A DNA stretch of 63,930 bases, the filler included, from Octopus bimaculoides (taxonomy: Eukaryota), in assembly GCF_001194135.2 (NCBI RefSeq). It is 5 parts of 5 records of this genome, joined end to end, with 100 filler letters (N's around TTAATTAATTAA, not from the genome) between each part and the next. Parts side by side here need not be neighbours in the genome. Positions count along the whole stretch, not along the records: positions 14,447 to 39,258 come from NC_068984.1; 4 more parts are not named here. The stretch is one strand, 5' to 3'. The number at the start of each line of letters is the position of its first letter. Positions within the stretch are counted from its first letter, which is position 1. The notes under the pieces were generated by a model. The model was not told the DNA's origin. It made no database searches and saw only the letters and a list, made by a program, of their open reading frames with translations. The translations under genes and the position numbers were made by a program. This document shows, in pieces, positions 14,492-27,915 of this stretch.

Positions 14492-15564
14492 CATATTATT
14501 ATTATTATTATTATTATGTATACTTACATATGTATTTACAAATATATAAACGCGCACGCACACACAAACACATACATACATACATACGCACGCACGCGGC
14601 TAGCTAGCAGAATCGTTAGCGCGTGAATTTAAACTCCTCCACCGATGTCGACTTAACCTTTTATCCTTTCGAGGTCGATACTATAACTATTAGTTGATCA
14701 CTGGGGTCGATGTAATCGACTAACCCATCTCTTTCTATACTTTCGCTGGCCTTGCGCCAAAATCTAAAACCGTGCCGTTTGTGTGTGTGTGTGTGTCCCC
14801 CATTTAATTGATGTTAATTTTCGGCGTGTTGATGATGCGTTATTAGTGATGGTCAGAGAAGAATGAAGGTTAGTATCATATAAATAAGAGTGGGTGTTGT
14901 TGCGTGTAGCAGCAAACAGATCAATTATATATAGAGAGAAAATTGTGAAGAACAAAACTGGAACACAACAGATATGTTAAAATTTGGATCTTAAAAAAGC
15001 TCCATCAACACGTCGTGATAATGCTGTCAGAGAGAAAGCTACAAATTGAAGAGATGAGAGACGAATGGAACCCATAGACAACCAGTTTCAATAAAAGATT
15101 CGAATACCAAATATGGTCGAAAGCTTTGCTTGTATAGAAGATAGTAACATTGCTTTCATAAATGTTCTCTAATGTGAGACCTCTGACTTATGGAAACCGT
15201 ACGAGTCGTTAAGAAGAAGGAGAGGTGAGGAAGAGAAAGATAGAAAGGGAGAGAGATACAAGGTGGTAGAGAACATTGTTGTTAATGGTTGTTAGAACTA
15301 GCAGAATCGTTAGCATGCTGGACAAAATGCTTCTTTTTTTTCTGGCTTTATGTTCGGAGTTCAAATTCCCTGCGAGGTCGACTTTGCTTTTCTTCCTTTC
15401 GGGGTTGATAAAATAAGTAGCAGCTGAGAACTGGGGGTGGATGTATTCGGCTAGACAGCACTCCCCCCCACACACACACACACAATTTCAGGCCTTTTTC
15501 CTTTAGGAGAAAGAATTATTTTAGAGAAATTGGGAGTGCGATAGGAGAGTATTCAGCAGAGTCA

Positions 15565-15950
15565 TTATTTACATTTCTCGAGGATGGGATACGGTATAAA
15601 GTGCTTCCAAAAATAAGAGTATATCCCTGTATTGACAGAAGGATTAAGTAGTTTAGTAAATACAGAGACAAGCTCTGGGATGTTTAAGGATAGTGGTATC
15701 GGGACCAGCGGTCTGTTGTTTGAAACAACCGAAGGTACCTTCGCATCGAGCGTGTGTGCATGCGGAGCGAGGAACCTGATGAGATAGAAAGAGACAGATT
15801 TGTCGGGAGATATGCCGATGGTGTAGTGTGGAATTGGTTTCAACTTGAGAAGTAAAGGTGGAGGCTTTCTTCGAAATGGTACTTCTCGTTGAGTTATGGA
15901 TGAGATATGGAGGAAAGCAAATTCTGCAAATTTGGGGAAAATTCTTTTCA
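15565..15950 (-). mobile_element. Decayed LINE ORF2 fragment (CR1/L2/Jockey-like, region preceding the RT core)
   Basis: Two offset frames give K..AGPD..IL and PELVSVFTKLLNPSVNTGIY..WK...YPILEK, matching the LINE motif GPDG...L..LFN.SL..G..P..WK.A.V.PI.K. Confidence 0.6.
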
Positions 15951-17599
15951 GCATGGAGGATGGTAATATAAAGCATAATTGTAAATATTTTAAACTTCAA
16001 AAATAAAACAAACATCAAGAAATTCTAGGAAATATGATGTGGTTTCAGAGAAAACAATTTAACAAAAGAACGAAATAAACTGAAAACTAAGTAAGATACG
16101 ACACAGATATGGACTCCTACGTAAAATTTAGATGTTAATGATTATTTAAACAGAATTTCCTTGCGGTTTTTACTTATGACTATTAATGTCTTAAGTCCAG
16201 ATTCCGCTAGAGTTAATTTTGCCTTTCATCCTTTCAGGATCGATAAAATAAACATCAGCCAAGTATTGGTGTCGATATAATTTACTATAACCACTCACCA
16301 GATTAGTGGTTTTGTGTGCATCAAAATTATTTATACAGAAAACTTATTCGGTATTTAGATATATACCTTGACGTTCTGAGACCAATTTTCGCCAAGGCAA
16401 CATTGCCTCTCATTCTGACACGAGTGAATGAAATAGTCATTATATATCCGTGTATGTTATACTCGGTTAAAATCTTCACAACATCGTGCCCATGTGCTGA
16501 TGTTGGGAATCAGATGGAAACAACATACACCATATAAAATACCTTGCAGCATTTAATTCTCTTGCGATCTGATTTCAAATTCCACTAAGGTGGACTTTAC
16601 CTTTTATTCTACAAAATCGATTTTACCCTTTACTAAATTAAGCCTGTTACTTGTTCAAATCACTTTTTGGTTCTTGATGTCGTATACAAAACAGCTAGAA
16701 ATTTAAATGAATCTGCATTGGTTTTAGTGATGAGTGTTCCAAATGTCCGATCATCAGAATGGTCTACTCAATGAATCAGCATGTAAATGGCTGGGTATAT
16801 CTTAGATACATGTACCCATAACACAATCACAGAGTGGGGGCAATCAGTGTGAGTTAAAAACTTGTCCTTTGAATTACAGGTCCAGACCATCGATGGGTTT
16901 CCAAACAGTTTCTATTTACTTAGTTTCAGTCACAGGTTTTGGATCAACCTGATGCTATAGCAAAAGGATAATAAAAAAATTTTAAAAAACACCTTGCCTA
17001 TGCTGCTATGCAATAGGATTGAATCTGATATAACATGAATGTAAATCGGATAGCTTAACTGTTCGACCATGCCTGTGTAAATAATTCCAATTTATTTTGC
17101 TGTTGACCTACCTTCATTGCTAGTTCACATTGTTTGCTATGACAACCCAGTTATTGGTGCTCATATGACATCATAAGCCACACCTGGCATGGAAATATTA
17201 TAATGGATTAATTCAACTGCAGTACCTAACTAGCTTTTTTCATTTTATTGGCTTCAGAAAGAAGAAAAGCAAAGTTAACTTTAGCAAGATTTGAATGCAC
17301 AATGCAAAGAACCACAACTATATAATGCAATGTATTTTTGTCCAATATCCTACTGACTTTACCATGTGAACACTGTGATGGCAAAAGTAGTAGGGTGTAG
17401 ATAAATTAAGTGATTTTGCAACATTTAGTTACATTCCTTGACATTATAGTTCTCATGTTACCCCAAATTCAAACTTTTCCTTGTTGTTGATAATATAAAC
17501 ACAAGTAATATACTGGTGTTGATTTCCATGAATTGTATACTTCAACACATGCTGGCTAACGAAAATTAAGTTCCCTGAATACTTTGCACCACATTTTCA

Positions 17600-17772
17600 T
17601 TATCATCATCATCGTTTAACGTCCGCTTTCCATGCTAGCATGGGTTGGACGATTTGACTGAGGACTGGTGAACCAGGTGGCTACATCAGGCTCCAATCTG
17701 ATTTGGCAGAGTTTCTACAGCTGGATGCCCTTCCTAACGCCAACCACTCCGAGAGTGTAGTGGGTGCTTTTA
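17600..17772 (-). mobile_element. RTE 3'-end-only copy (representative of about 15 in the window)
   Basis: catcatcgtttaacgtccgctttccatgctagcatgggttgg... Also near 1229(+), 23005, 24055(+), 33815, 34765(+), 37340, 39030, 40950, 43165, 43660, 45860(+), 47085(+), 52035(+), 60960(+). Confidence 0.8.
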
Positions 17773-19990
17773 TTTATTGAAAATATCAATCCTCTCCTTT
17801 TACCTCCAGTTAAACTTCACCGTTTAAAAGAAAATATTTTGCTAAGACATAATATATAAATTATTGCAAGTGTGAGGTGTCAACTATTCTAACCAACCAA
17901 TAATGATATCATGGGAGGAGGGTGAAATCAACATTAAGGGTTATTTCTACTACTAATAAACTACTGCGTGCAGCAGTAAATGCAATGCAGGAAATATTCA
18001 TCTCTATTCAATATTAACTTACTAGAAGCAAATGAGTCTATGTAACAACCTGAACATCTAAAAATAGAAGCCAAGTCTCACTTAGATCACATCCTACTTC
18101 ATTAAAGGTGGATACATTAGACAAAAAAGATAAGATGGCCATGACTGGAACTATTCTAATCATACTAAAGTCTGGCCCTTTGAACTAGAGTTCCAAGCCA
18201 TCACTATGCTTCCAAACAATTTCTATTTCTACCTAGTTTCATTCACAAGGCTTGGTTCTATGTCAAAATCAAGAGTTCAAATCCTTGCATGACTGACATT
18301 ATCTTTCATCCTTCTGTGGTTAATATAATAAAGTAGCAAGGTGGTGAGCTGGCAGAATCATTAACAGCATTTTGTCCATCTTCACACTCTGAGTTAAAAT
18401 TCTGCCAAAGTCGACTTTGCCTTTCATCCTTTCAGGTTCAATAAAATAAGCATCAGTTAAATACTGCAGTCGATGTAAGCAACTTACTCCCTCCCCCAGA
18501 ATTGCAGGCTTTGTGTCAAAATTTGAAATCAATATAACAACTAAACACCAGAGTTAATTTTATCAATTATACCTTCCATCAAAAATATCAGTCATATAGT
18601 AGAGTTTACTTAATTAATTATACTTTCCCTCAATGTATCAGTCAAATACTGAGGTTGAATTAGTCAACAAAATCCTCCTTGAAATTTTCTCTCCTTGTGT
18701 CAATGTTAGAGCTCATGAGTGCCAAATAAATTACCTTGCAGCAATTAGCTGTGCCCACATTTGTTCAGGTCTCATCAGAGTTGATTTTACCTTTCATCAT
18801 TCTAGTGATCCTAGAAAGTAAGTACCAATCAAGTACTGAAATTAATTTGGTCAGTTTCAGCCAGTCACACATAAAATCTATCATTTTATCCGTTATTATG
18901 TCTTTATATGTTCTGCAGTCACCTACCATGGAAGTCAACACAATAGCTATAAAATTCCCTATAACTTTGTGGCCTTTGTCAATGTATAAAATCTTACACA
19001 TTTCTTAAAAGAAAGATAGTGGCAGTGGTAATGACTGTGATAGATATTTTATAAAGAGCAAATAAATAGGAATAAGCAGAAAAGTATAATTAGTTTCAGA
19101 AATAGAATGTTGGTTAGTAGCTTTCCTATAGTGGATTAAATCAAATTAAAGATAGGTTCTTCATCAGATTCTTTTGGCAAGCACAATGGTCACATTTTGC
19201 ATGTGAAATGCACATTCAACTGATTTTACCCATACTACTCTTTAGAAAAACTTTGAAACGGGCTCTCAGGGATAGGGTCAATGATATATTTGGATGCCAA
19301 TGGAAGTTTTCAGTTGGAGAAAATTCACTTCTCCATTGCTTGTAAATGAAAATAGTTAAGTGGCTGTCACTTTGAAAACTTTATTTTTCAAAAATAAATT
19401 GTCACTCATCAACCAATACATACACACACAGTACATACTTAGAAGTAAAAAAGGGATTAAAACATCCAGACAGATATATANNNNNNNNNNNNNNNNNNNN
19501 NNNNNNNNNNNNNNNNNNNNNNNNNNNNNNNNNNNNNNNNNNNNNNNNNNNNNNNNNNNNNNNNNNNNNNNNNNNNNNNNNNNNNNNNNNNNNNNNNNNN
19601 NNNNNNNNNNNNNNNNNNNNNNNNNNNNNNNNNNNNNNNNNNNNNNNNNNNNNNNNNNNNNNNNNNNNNNNNNNNNNNNNNNNNNNNNNNNNNNNNNNNN
19701 NNNNNNNNNNNNNNNNNNNNNNNNNNNNNNNNNNNNNNNNNNNNNNNNNNNNNNNNNNNNNNNNNNNNNNNNNNNNNNNNNNNNNNNNNNNNNNNNNNNN
19801 NNNNNNNNNNNNNNNNNNNNNNNNNNNNNNNNNNNNNNNNNNNNNNNNNNNNNNNNNNNNNNNNNNNNNNNNNNNNNNNNNNNNNNNNNNNNNNNNNNNN
19901 NNNNNNNNNNNNNNNNNNNNNNNNNNNNNNNNNNNNNNNNNNNNNNNNNNNNNNNNNNNNNNNNNNNNNTCTGCCTTTTTTTAATTTTTC

Positions 19991-20030
<40 letters not shown>

Positions 20031-20965
20031 CATATATATATGGTGGGGCGGAAAATAATAGCAATTTGTAAGCCATAGTTGCTTTACAAATTTTTTAACA
20101 TTGCCAGGTAGTCACATGTAATGGCTTCAGCTGATCCATTGTCTACCACCACAAAGATTATAAATTCTACAATTATGATGTAATTATCATTAATTGTAAC
20201 AAGAATGAATAATAACTACCTGTGATTATTTACTACTGTCAACATCCCTGGTCCTATGGTTGCCTCCAATAATAGCCAGATTACCATAACTGATCTAATT
20301 ACTTTCATCAGCAATAATCCCAATCAGTAATAACCTCACCTCACCATAAGTACCAATTATAACCAGCATCATCTATGCTACAATGTCCTATTAATTACCA
20401 ATACCACTAATAATCAGAATACGGTTTATTTATTAACAGTAATTATAACTAACAATTAATTTGTCAATGATTACCGTATGTGATTACTAGGACCTCCTTC
20501 AATCATGAATGACCATGGAAAGTTCCCCTCCGAGGCAAAAGTCCATGCAAGGTTGTTTATGGAAGACCAGCAGTCACCCATGCATACCAGCCTCCCCTCT
20601 CCACACCACTGATGTTATTCAAGGGAAAGGCAAAAGCCGATACAATTTAGCACCAGTGACGTCGCAACTCATTTCTAGAGCTGAGTGAACTGGAGCAATA
20701 TGAAATAAAGTGTCTTGCTTGTAATAACTTTCCAAATCAAAAGTTTAGATCAACAGTGACTTATTGTCATGTCTCACTGTAACCATCATTAATTAATCTA
20801 AGAGATAAATCCTCTCTAACATACACTTCAAATATATACATACTTCATTCAGTAATGTAAGTTAGAAAACAATAACTCAGACCATGCATGAGGGTAAGCA
20901 CAGGAAACATTATATTGCCCAACAAGTAACAAAAACTTCTCAGTTTGTCTTCAATTTCATTTATT

Positions 20966-21211
20966 TCATAATTTTCTTTTAAATGGTCGTTTTTTCTCTG
21001 GTTTACTTGGTGCTGAAGAATGGCTTACCTGATGCAAACCATCTGCTTTTGACCTTAGAAATCCTAACAACTGTTGTGCATTACTAGCATTGCCCAAAAT
21101 CTCTGTCAGTTCTTCCTCAGTCAGCCGGCTCAATTCATAAATATTCGTCACTTTGTTCATAATAAGCCGATAGTTTTTCAAATTGACTCCAGGTAATTTC
21201 AGAAGAAAGTC
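20966..21211 (-). CDS. ERCC4: XPF/ERCC4 terminal exon, tandem helix-hairpin-helix domain to TGA stop
   Basis: [52 protein letters not shown]...[12 protein letters not shown]; ctatttcag acceptor. Confidence 0.95.
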   Translation of the reverse strand, partial: DFLLKLPGVNLKNYRLIMNKVTNIYELSRLTEEELTEILGNASNAQQLLGFLRSKADGLHQVSHSSAPSKPEKKRPFKRKL

Positions 21212-21977
21212 CTGAAATAGTAAATATAAATTATTTCAAAACTTGTTCTTATTAAGAAAAATTAGAATAAAATTTTAATAGTTGAATGTTGTAAAAGTGA
21301 AGTCCAAGTACCAACACATACACATTATCAATACTAACCTTCCACGACTTTTGGACAAACACAGACTTCCAAGCCATCGGTGCCAAAAGCAAATTTGCCA
21401 GTCATGACAGAGTTAGTAAGGAAAATCAAGATGTAAAATAAATAGCTCAAACAAAACGAAACTATCTTAGCTATGTTTGTGCAGAAAAATAGGTTGTAAA
21501 ACTGGTTAAAGTCAATGAAAGAGCTATTATTGGCTATGATACCATTATCTGCTAGAAATAATAGCCAAATCTCCCACAACTCATTCCCTTCCTTCATAAA
21601 AGGCTTCCCAACCACATGGTTCTGGGTTCAGTCCCACTGCATGGTACCTTGGGCAAGTGTCTTCTACTATAGTCTTGGGCCAACCAAAGCTTTGTGAGTG
21701 GATTTGGTAGATGAAAACTGAAAGAAGCCCATCGTGCATGTGTGTCTTTGTGTCTGTCTCCAACCACCGACTGACAACTGGTGATAGTGTGTTTATATCC
21801 CCATCCTTGTAACTTAGCTGTTTGGCAAAAGAGACCAACAGAATGAGTACCAGGTTTTAAAATAAGTACTTGAGTTGATTAATTGGACTAAAATTCCTCG
21901 AGGCGGTGCCCCAGCATGGCTACAGTCTAATAACTGAAACAAGAACAAGAATAACCAACATAATCGTACATATAACT

Positions 21978-22369
21978 TTGCTGTTGTTGTTGGCACTCCG
22001 TCGCTTACTACGACGAGGGTTCCAGTTGATCCGATCAACGGAACAGCCTGCTCGGGAAATTAATGTGCAAGTGGCTGAGCACTCCACAGACACGTGTACC
22101 CTTAACGTAGTTCTCGAGGAGATTCAGCATGACACAGTGTGACAAAACTGACCCTTTGAATTACAGGTAGAACAGAAACAGGAAGTAAGAGTGAGAGAAA
22201 GTTGTGGTGAAAGAGTACAGCAGGGTTCACCACCACCCCCTGCCAGAGCCTCGTGGAGCTGTAGGTGTTTTTGCTCAATAAACACTCACAACGCCCGGTC
22301 TGGGAACCGAAACCGTGATCCTATGACCACGAGTCCGCTGCCCTAACCATTGGGCCATTGCGCCTCCAC
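21978..22369 (-). mobile_element. tRNA-type SINE family B with (AAC)n tail and 10-bp TSD
   Basis: Head gtggaggcgcaatggcccaatggttagggcagcggactcgtgg; ACATATAACT direct repeats at 21968-21977 and 22370-22379; other copies at 34143-34516(+) and 57893-58272(-). Confidence 0.88.
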
Positions 22370-22960
22370 ACATATAACTAGATCCATTGAATCAGAGCAG
22401 ATTTAGAGATAGGCAACAATAGCAACAATAACAACAACAAAAGCTTGCAAGAAAGCTTTCAAAGAGATGCTTGAATCCATCTAGAGAAAGGCAACCACTG
22501 ACACTAAAGTTTCCTCTCAACTAATTTCTGATCTGTAAATTAGAAATTACTAATTTCAATTGTAAATCTTCAGTTAATAAGTGCTGGGTTGGGTGTATAG
22601 TTAAGAAATTCACATTGCTACCATACGGTTTCAGGTTCCGTTTTACTGCACAACACCTTCGGCAAATGTCTTCTGCTATAGCCCTGGGCTGATCAATGCC
22701 TCATGAGTGAATTTGGAGGAAGGAAACTGTAAAAGAATATTGTGTGCGTGTGTGTGTATGCCTTTGTTCCCACCGCTTAACAACCATATGTTGGTTTGTT
22801 TACATCTCTGTAACTTAGTTGTTAGGCAAAAGAGACTTATAGAATAAGTATTAGACTTAGAAAATAAGTAATGGGGTTTATTTGGATGACTAAATCCCTT
22901 CATGACTGCAGTTAATGACTGAAATAAGTAGAAGATAAAAGATAATATATGTATATGTAA

Positions 22961-23005
<45 letters not shown>

Positions 23006-24286
23006 CATCATCATCATTTAATGTCCACTTTCTATACTGGCAGGAGTTAGACTGCTGTCATATATCATCGTCGTCGTTATTTAACGTCTACTTTCCATGC
23101 TGGTATGGGTTGGATGGTTTAACTAAGGACAGGCAAGCTGGGAGGCTGCGCCAGGCTCTAATCTGATCTGGCAAGGTTTCTACAGCTGGACGCCCTTCCT
23201 AATGCCAACCACTCCGAAAGTGTAGCGGGTGCTTTTTACATGCTACCAGCACAGGCACCAGCCAGGCAGCACTGGCATTGACTACATTCAAATGGTGCTT
23301 TTTATGTGCCACCAGCACGGGCACCAATCAGGTGGCACTGGCATCAGCCACACTTGAATAGTGCTTTTCATGTGCCACCAGCACAGGGGCCAATGAGGTG
23401 GCACTAAAGAGGACTCCTTAGTCTTGCAGGCAACAAGGCAACCTCTTTAGTGCCGGTTCCAGAATAAGACATACCTACTAACACTCTATATAGTGGTTAG
23501 AGAAAGGAGGGCATCCAGCTTTAGGAACAATGCCAAAAAGGGAATATGCAAGTGAGATGTAGTCCCCAACCTGTCTAGGAGGGTGGTAATTTCCAATCAA
23601 GACAAATTCAGACCTTGACACCCAGGTCAAACCATGGCAACATAGAAACACATACAAATACAAACATAGGGTGATGGTAATGATGATGATGATGCACTAC
23701 TATATAGATAAATAACAAAAGTAAAATGCTAACATATTTTACACAGAAAACATTATAAATCTAATTAAAATAAACATATACCTAGATAAAACCTTATTAG
23801 TCAATGGTTAATATTTCCAATTTCCAGGGAAGTTTCAGTCTTATTCTGACCTCTAAGGGCAAAACATAATTTTTTGCATACTTGCTAAGGCAGTGAGGAA
23901 GGATTATTTATACATTCAATCATCATCATCAGTTAACACCATTGGTATAGGAGAGTGAAACTACTTAAAGTGATTCAGAGATACTATGAATATGAACAAC
24001 AAAAGCTAAGTTAGAATGAACATGTAAAAGAATATAAAATCATAGAAATTGGTTTTATGTTGGTGCTAGGAAGGGCATCCAGCTGTAGAAACCATATCAA
24101 AACAGACAATGGAGCCCAGTGTGGCTTCCTGCCCTACCAGCTCCTGTCAAACCATCCAATCCATGCCAGCATGGAAAATGGACATTAAATGATGATTTAT
24201 AGTGGAGTAATTTTTACTGAAGATCAAATTATTTTTTATTTGGTAGCAACTCTAGAGGTAAAGTCAAGGAGAAAAAAGAAGCTTAC

Positions 24287-24373
24287 CTGAGGCTTTGGGT
24301 TGTATTTATCAATATAGTCTGTTGTTTCACTCACAGCGATGGCAGCAGAGGCAGAAGGTTGTTCCCTTCCAAC
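24287..24373 (-). CDS. ERCC4: XPF/ERCC4 linker exon (VGREQPSASAAIAVSETTDYIDKYNPKPQ)
   Basis: Resembles XPF QPDAATALA...EKYNPGPQ; cattcag acceptor, CAG|gtaagc donor, 87 nt, phase 0-0, joins both neighbours in frame. Confidence 0.9.
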
Positions 24374-24771
24374 CTGAATGCAAAACAAAGAAAGAACAGT
24401 CATATGTATGCATGCATGCATGTATGTATGTATGTATGTATGTATGCATGTAATGTGTGTATGCATGTCTGTATTTGTGTATGATGTATGTGTGTGTATG
24501 TGTGTGTGTGCATGCGTGCATATATTTGTGAATGTGATTTTGTATATCTTAATCTCACATGCACCCTATGTACTAAGGGAAGTGAATAAAAACTTTGGCA
24601 TCAGAAAGAACATTAAACTGCCCTTTCAGCCCATGCCAGCAAAGAAAAGAAGACATAAAAATGATGATGCCTGATTATTTCATTAATAGGTTTTTGTTGT
24701 TGTTTGTTGGAAAGGTATTGGTGTAACATCATTTTTTAAACTCTATTTATTCTATATTACAACATTGCAAA

Positions 24772-25712
24772 GTTTAGAGAGCTCTTACCCCTGCTGGCGA
24801 CAAAGGGACTCTCACTCAGAGTAAAAGGCAGACTGTATGACACATGCGTACGAACAGCCATGCTACATGGCAGTGAAACATGGGCTGTAACTGCTGAGGA
24901 CATACGTAAGCTCGCAAGGAATGAAGCCAGTATGCTCCGTTGGATGTGTAATGTCAATGTGAATACCCGTCAGAGTGTAAGTATCTTGAGAGAAAAGCTG
25001 AACATTAGAAGCATCAGTTGTGGCATGCAAGAGAGACGATTGCGCTGGTATGTACATGTGGTGAGAATGGATGANNNNNNNNNNNNNNNNNNNNNNNNNN
25101 NNNNNNNNNNNNNNNNNNNNNNNNNNNNNNNNNNNNNNNNNNNNNNNNNNNNNNNNNNNNNNNNNNNNNNNNNNNNNNNNNNNNNNNNNNNNNNNNNNNN
25201 NNNNNNNNNNNNNNNNNNNNNNNNNNNNNNNNNNNNNNNNNNNNNNNNNNNNNNNNNNNNNNNNNNNNNNNNNNNNNNNNNNNNNNNNNNNNNNNNNNNN
25301 NNNNNNNNNNNNNNNNNNNNNNNNNNNNNNNNNNNNNNNNNNNNNNNNNNNNNNNNNNNNNNNNNNNNNNNNNNNNNNNNNNNNNNNNNNNNNNNNNNNG
25401 GCCGTTGCCAGTACCGCCTGACTGGCGCCCGTAGGATTTTCGAGCGAGATCGTTGCCAGTGCCCCTGGACTGGCTTGTGCGGGTGGCACATAAAAGACAC
25501 CATTTCGAGCGTGGCCGTTTTCGTGCGGGTGACACGTAAAAGCACCCACTACACTCTCTGAGTGGTTGGCGTTAGGAATGGCATCCAGCTGTAGAAACTC
25601 TGCCAAATCAGACTGGAGCCTGGTGTTGCCATCCGGTTTCACCAGTCCTCAGTCAAATCGTCCAACCCATGCTAGCATGGAAAGCGGACGTTAAACAATG
25701 ATGATGATGATG
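24772..25712 (+). mobile_element. RTE-clade LINE 3' fragment (RT C-terminus, gap, 3' UTR, (GAT)n tail)
   Basis: KFRELLPLLATKGLSLRVKGRLYDTCVRTAMLHGSETWAV...RLRWY, typical of RTE ORF2; ends ggacgttaaacaatgatgatgatg. Confidence 0.88.
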
Positions 25713-25964
25713 TTCCAGGTTTCAATCACTGTGATTGCTGACTGAATAAATATTACAAGCGTCTTTAATACCTCTTGCCTTGCAATTGTATTTCTCTTAT
25801 TTTCTCTAAGTATCATTTAATGTTCTATACATATGTGAATTATATATAGAGAGAGAGAAGATAAAAGAGATGGCCAGAGGATAAAAAAGATGACCAGAGA
25901 ATAAAAGAGATGCATAAGCTTGTAAAGCATTTTGTAAGTTTGTGAGTGTAGCATGTGCCTACAT

Positions 25965-26780
25965 ATATCATCATCATCACTTAACATCCATTGTCCATAG
26001 GTTGGACAGTTTGACCAGGGCTGGTAAGCTGAGGGGCTGCACCAGACTCCAGTCTGATTTGGCATGGTTTCTATGGCTGGATGCCCTTCCTAACACCAGC
26101 CACTCTGAGAGTGTAATGGGTGCATTTATATATGCCACCAGCATGGGTGTCAGTTGCGTGACACCAGTACCTACCATAACTATGATTTCACTTGGCTTGA
26201 TGGAGGTTTCTTATCAAGCACAGCATATTGCCAAAGGACTCAGTCATTTGTCATTGCCTCTGCAAGGCCCAGCGCTCAAAAGGTGCTTTTTATGTGCCAC
26301 CAGCACAGTTTGTTAGTTCCACATCACTGGCATCGGCCACATGGTCTCCATGAGGCCCAATGCTCAAAAGGTACGTTCTACATGCCACTAGCACAGGTGC
26401 CAGTTATGTGACACTGACAACGACCACAATTATTATTTCACTTGGCTTGATGACTCTTCTCAAGTACGGCATATCGCCAAAGGTCTCGATCACTAGCCAT
26501 TGCCTTTGTGAGGCCCAACATTCAAAGATCATGCTTCACCACCCAGTCCTATGTCTTCCTGGGTCTCCCTCTTTCACAGCTTTCATTCCACGGGTAAATA
26601 TCAGTACTTCTTCACAGCTGTTCACATCCATATGCCTCACATAACCATACCAATGCAGTCATCTCTCTTGCACACCACATCTTATGCCTCTTATGCCCAA
26701 ATTTTCTCTCAAGTCATTCACATTCTGTTGTGCATGTACACTAACATTGCATGTCAATATACCCCCGAGCTCTTTCTAAG
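25965..26780 (-). mobile_element. Diverged RTE LINE 3' fragment
   Basis: Decayed reverse complement of the RTE RT C-terminus and 3' UTR, ending in (CAT)n on the plus strand. Confidence 0.7.
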
Positions 26781-27774
26781 CAAACAACATTGCAGTAAAA
26801 TTTACATATAATTTACATATACCTTGACTATAAAGGTAGATATGAGGTTAATGTGAGAAAATGTGTTGTAGCTGATTCTGCAAACATAAAATTTCCAGAA
26901 AAGGTTGGACTATTTTCATAACAGTGACTGAAATTGGAAAGCCAATAACAAACATTCAATATGTTGTTGTTGACTAGCCTCAAATCAGCTTAGACCAAGC
27001 AAACTAAAGATCAAAAGTATTCTAAACCTTGACCATCATGGTTCTTGGTGGCATCTACTACAGTTGCTGCAGCTACTGCTACTACATTATCCAAATTAAT
27101 CCTTCATTTATTAAGATGGTCCAATAAATTGTAGAGGACTTGGCTAACAACTGCATACAGGTTCCTTCATTTGTTTGAAATGTAAAAGATAGTGATGACA
27201 GACATGTTAAAGCCACAAACTGAGATAACTTAAAGAAAAGAAATGCAGTGAAAAATATGGAAGAGAGAAGCAATCTAGTTTACTAACAATGGAAACATGG
27301 TGTGATGTATTCTCCTCAATATTAAGCTGTTCAGGATCAACCAATACCATCGTATACATCCCCTCATCAATGTTTTTAACATTCATTTCTCCATACAGAT
27401 ATATTTCACACACATTTTCATTCATCTCATTACAATTGCAGTTCATTCTCTTTATATATATACAAACTGTCTCTCTGGCATACATTAATCAATGCTTTTG
27501 AAGCTTATACGACCAAATGCAGGACTTCTAAATAGTCAATTAAGTATTCCATTAAGCTTTTATCAAGAGTACAAGCATCACTCCTGCTAAATATTGCTTA
27601 TAAATGGTGAAATTGTAGACACTGCTTAAAAATAAAACAAAACAAAACAAAACAATTATGTTCTCCAAAATATGAGCAGATTCATAATGCTATGAGTTTG
27701 ACTCCCACTCCCAGTGCCTTGCAAGGTTACATTAAAACATACACACATACACACTAAATGTATGACATTGGTAC

Positions 27775-27915
27775 CTTTAATTCATGAAACAATTCAGCAG
27801 TTGCAAAAGGGTTTTGACACCAAAGTATTCGGAGATTTGGAAAATGAAGAGTGAGAAGAGCAAGACGTGAGGTATTGTCACGAATAGAGACATCATTATC
27901 CAACTGGTACTTGTT
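27775..27915 (-). CDS. ERCC4: XPF/ERCC4 exon, end of nuclease domain
   Basis: NKYQLDNDVSIRDNTSRLALLTLHFPNLRILWCQNPFATAELFHELK matches XPF LTLHFPxLRILW...ATAELF; cattacag acceptor, AAG|gtac donor, 141 nt. Confidence 0.95.

Noticed and set aside
15565-16018. Two overlapping 120-130 aa ORFs as a novel host gene
   Set aside because: LINE ORF2 motifs are split between the two frames, indicating a frameshifted retroelement relic.
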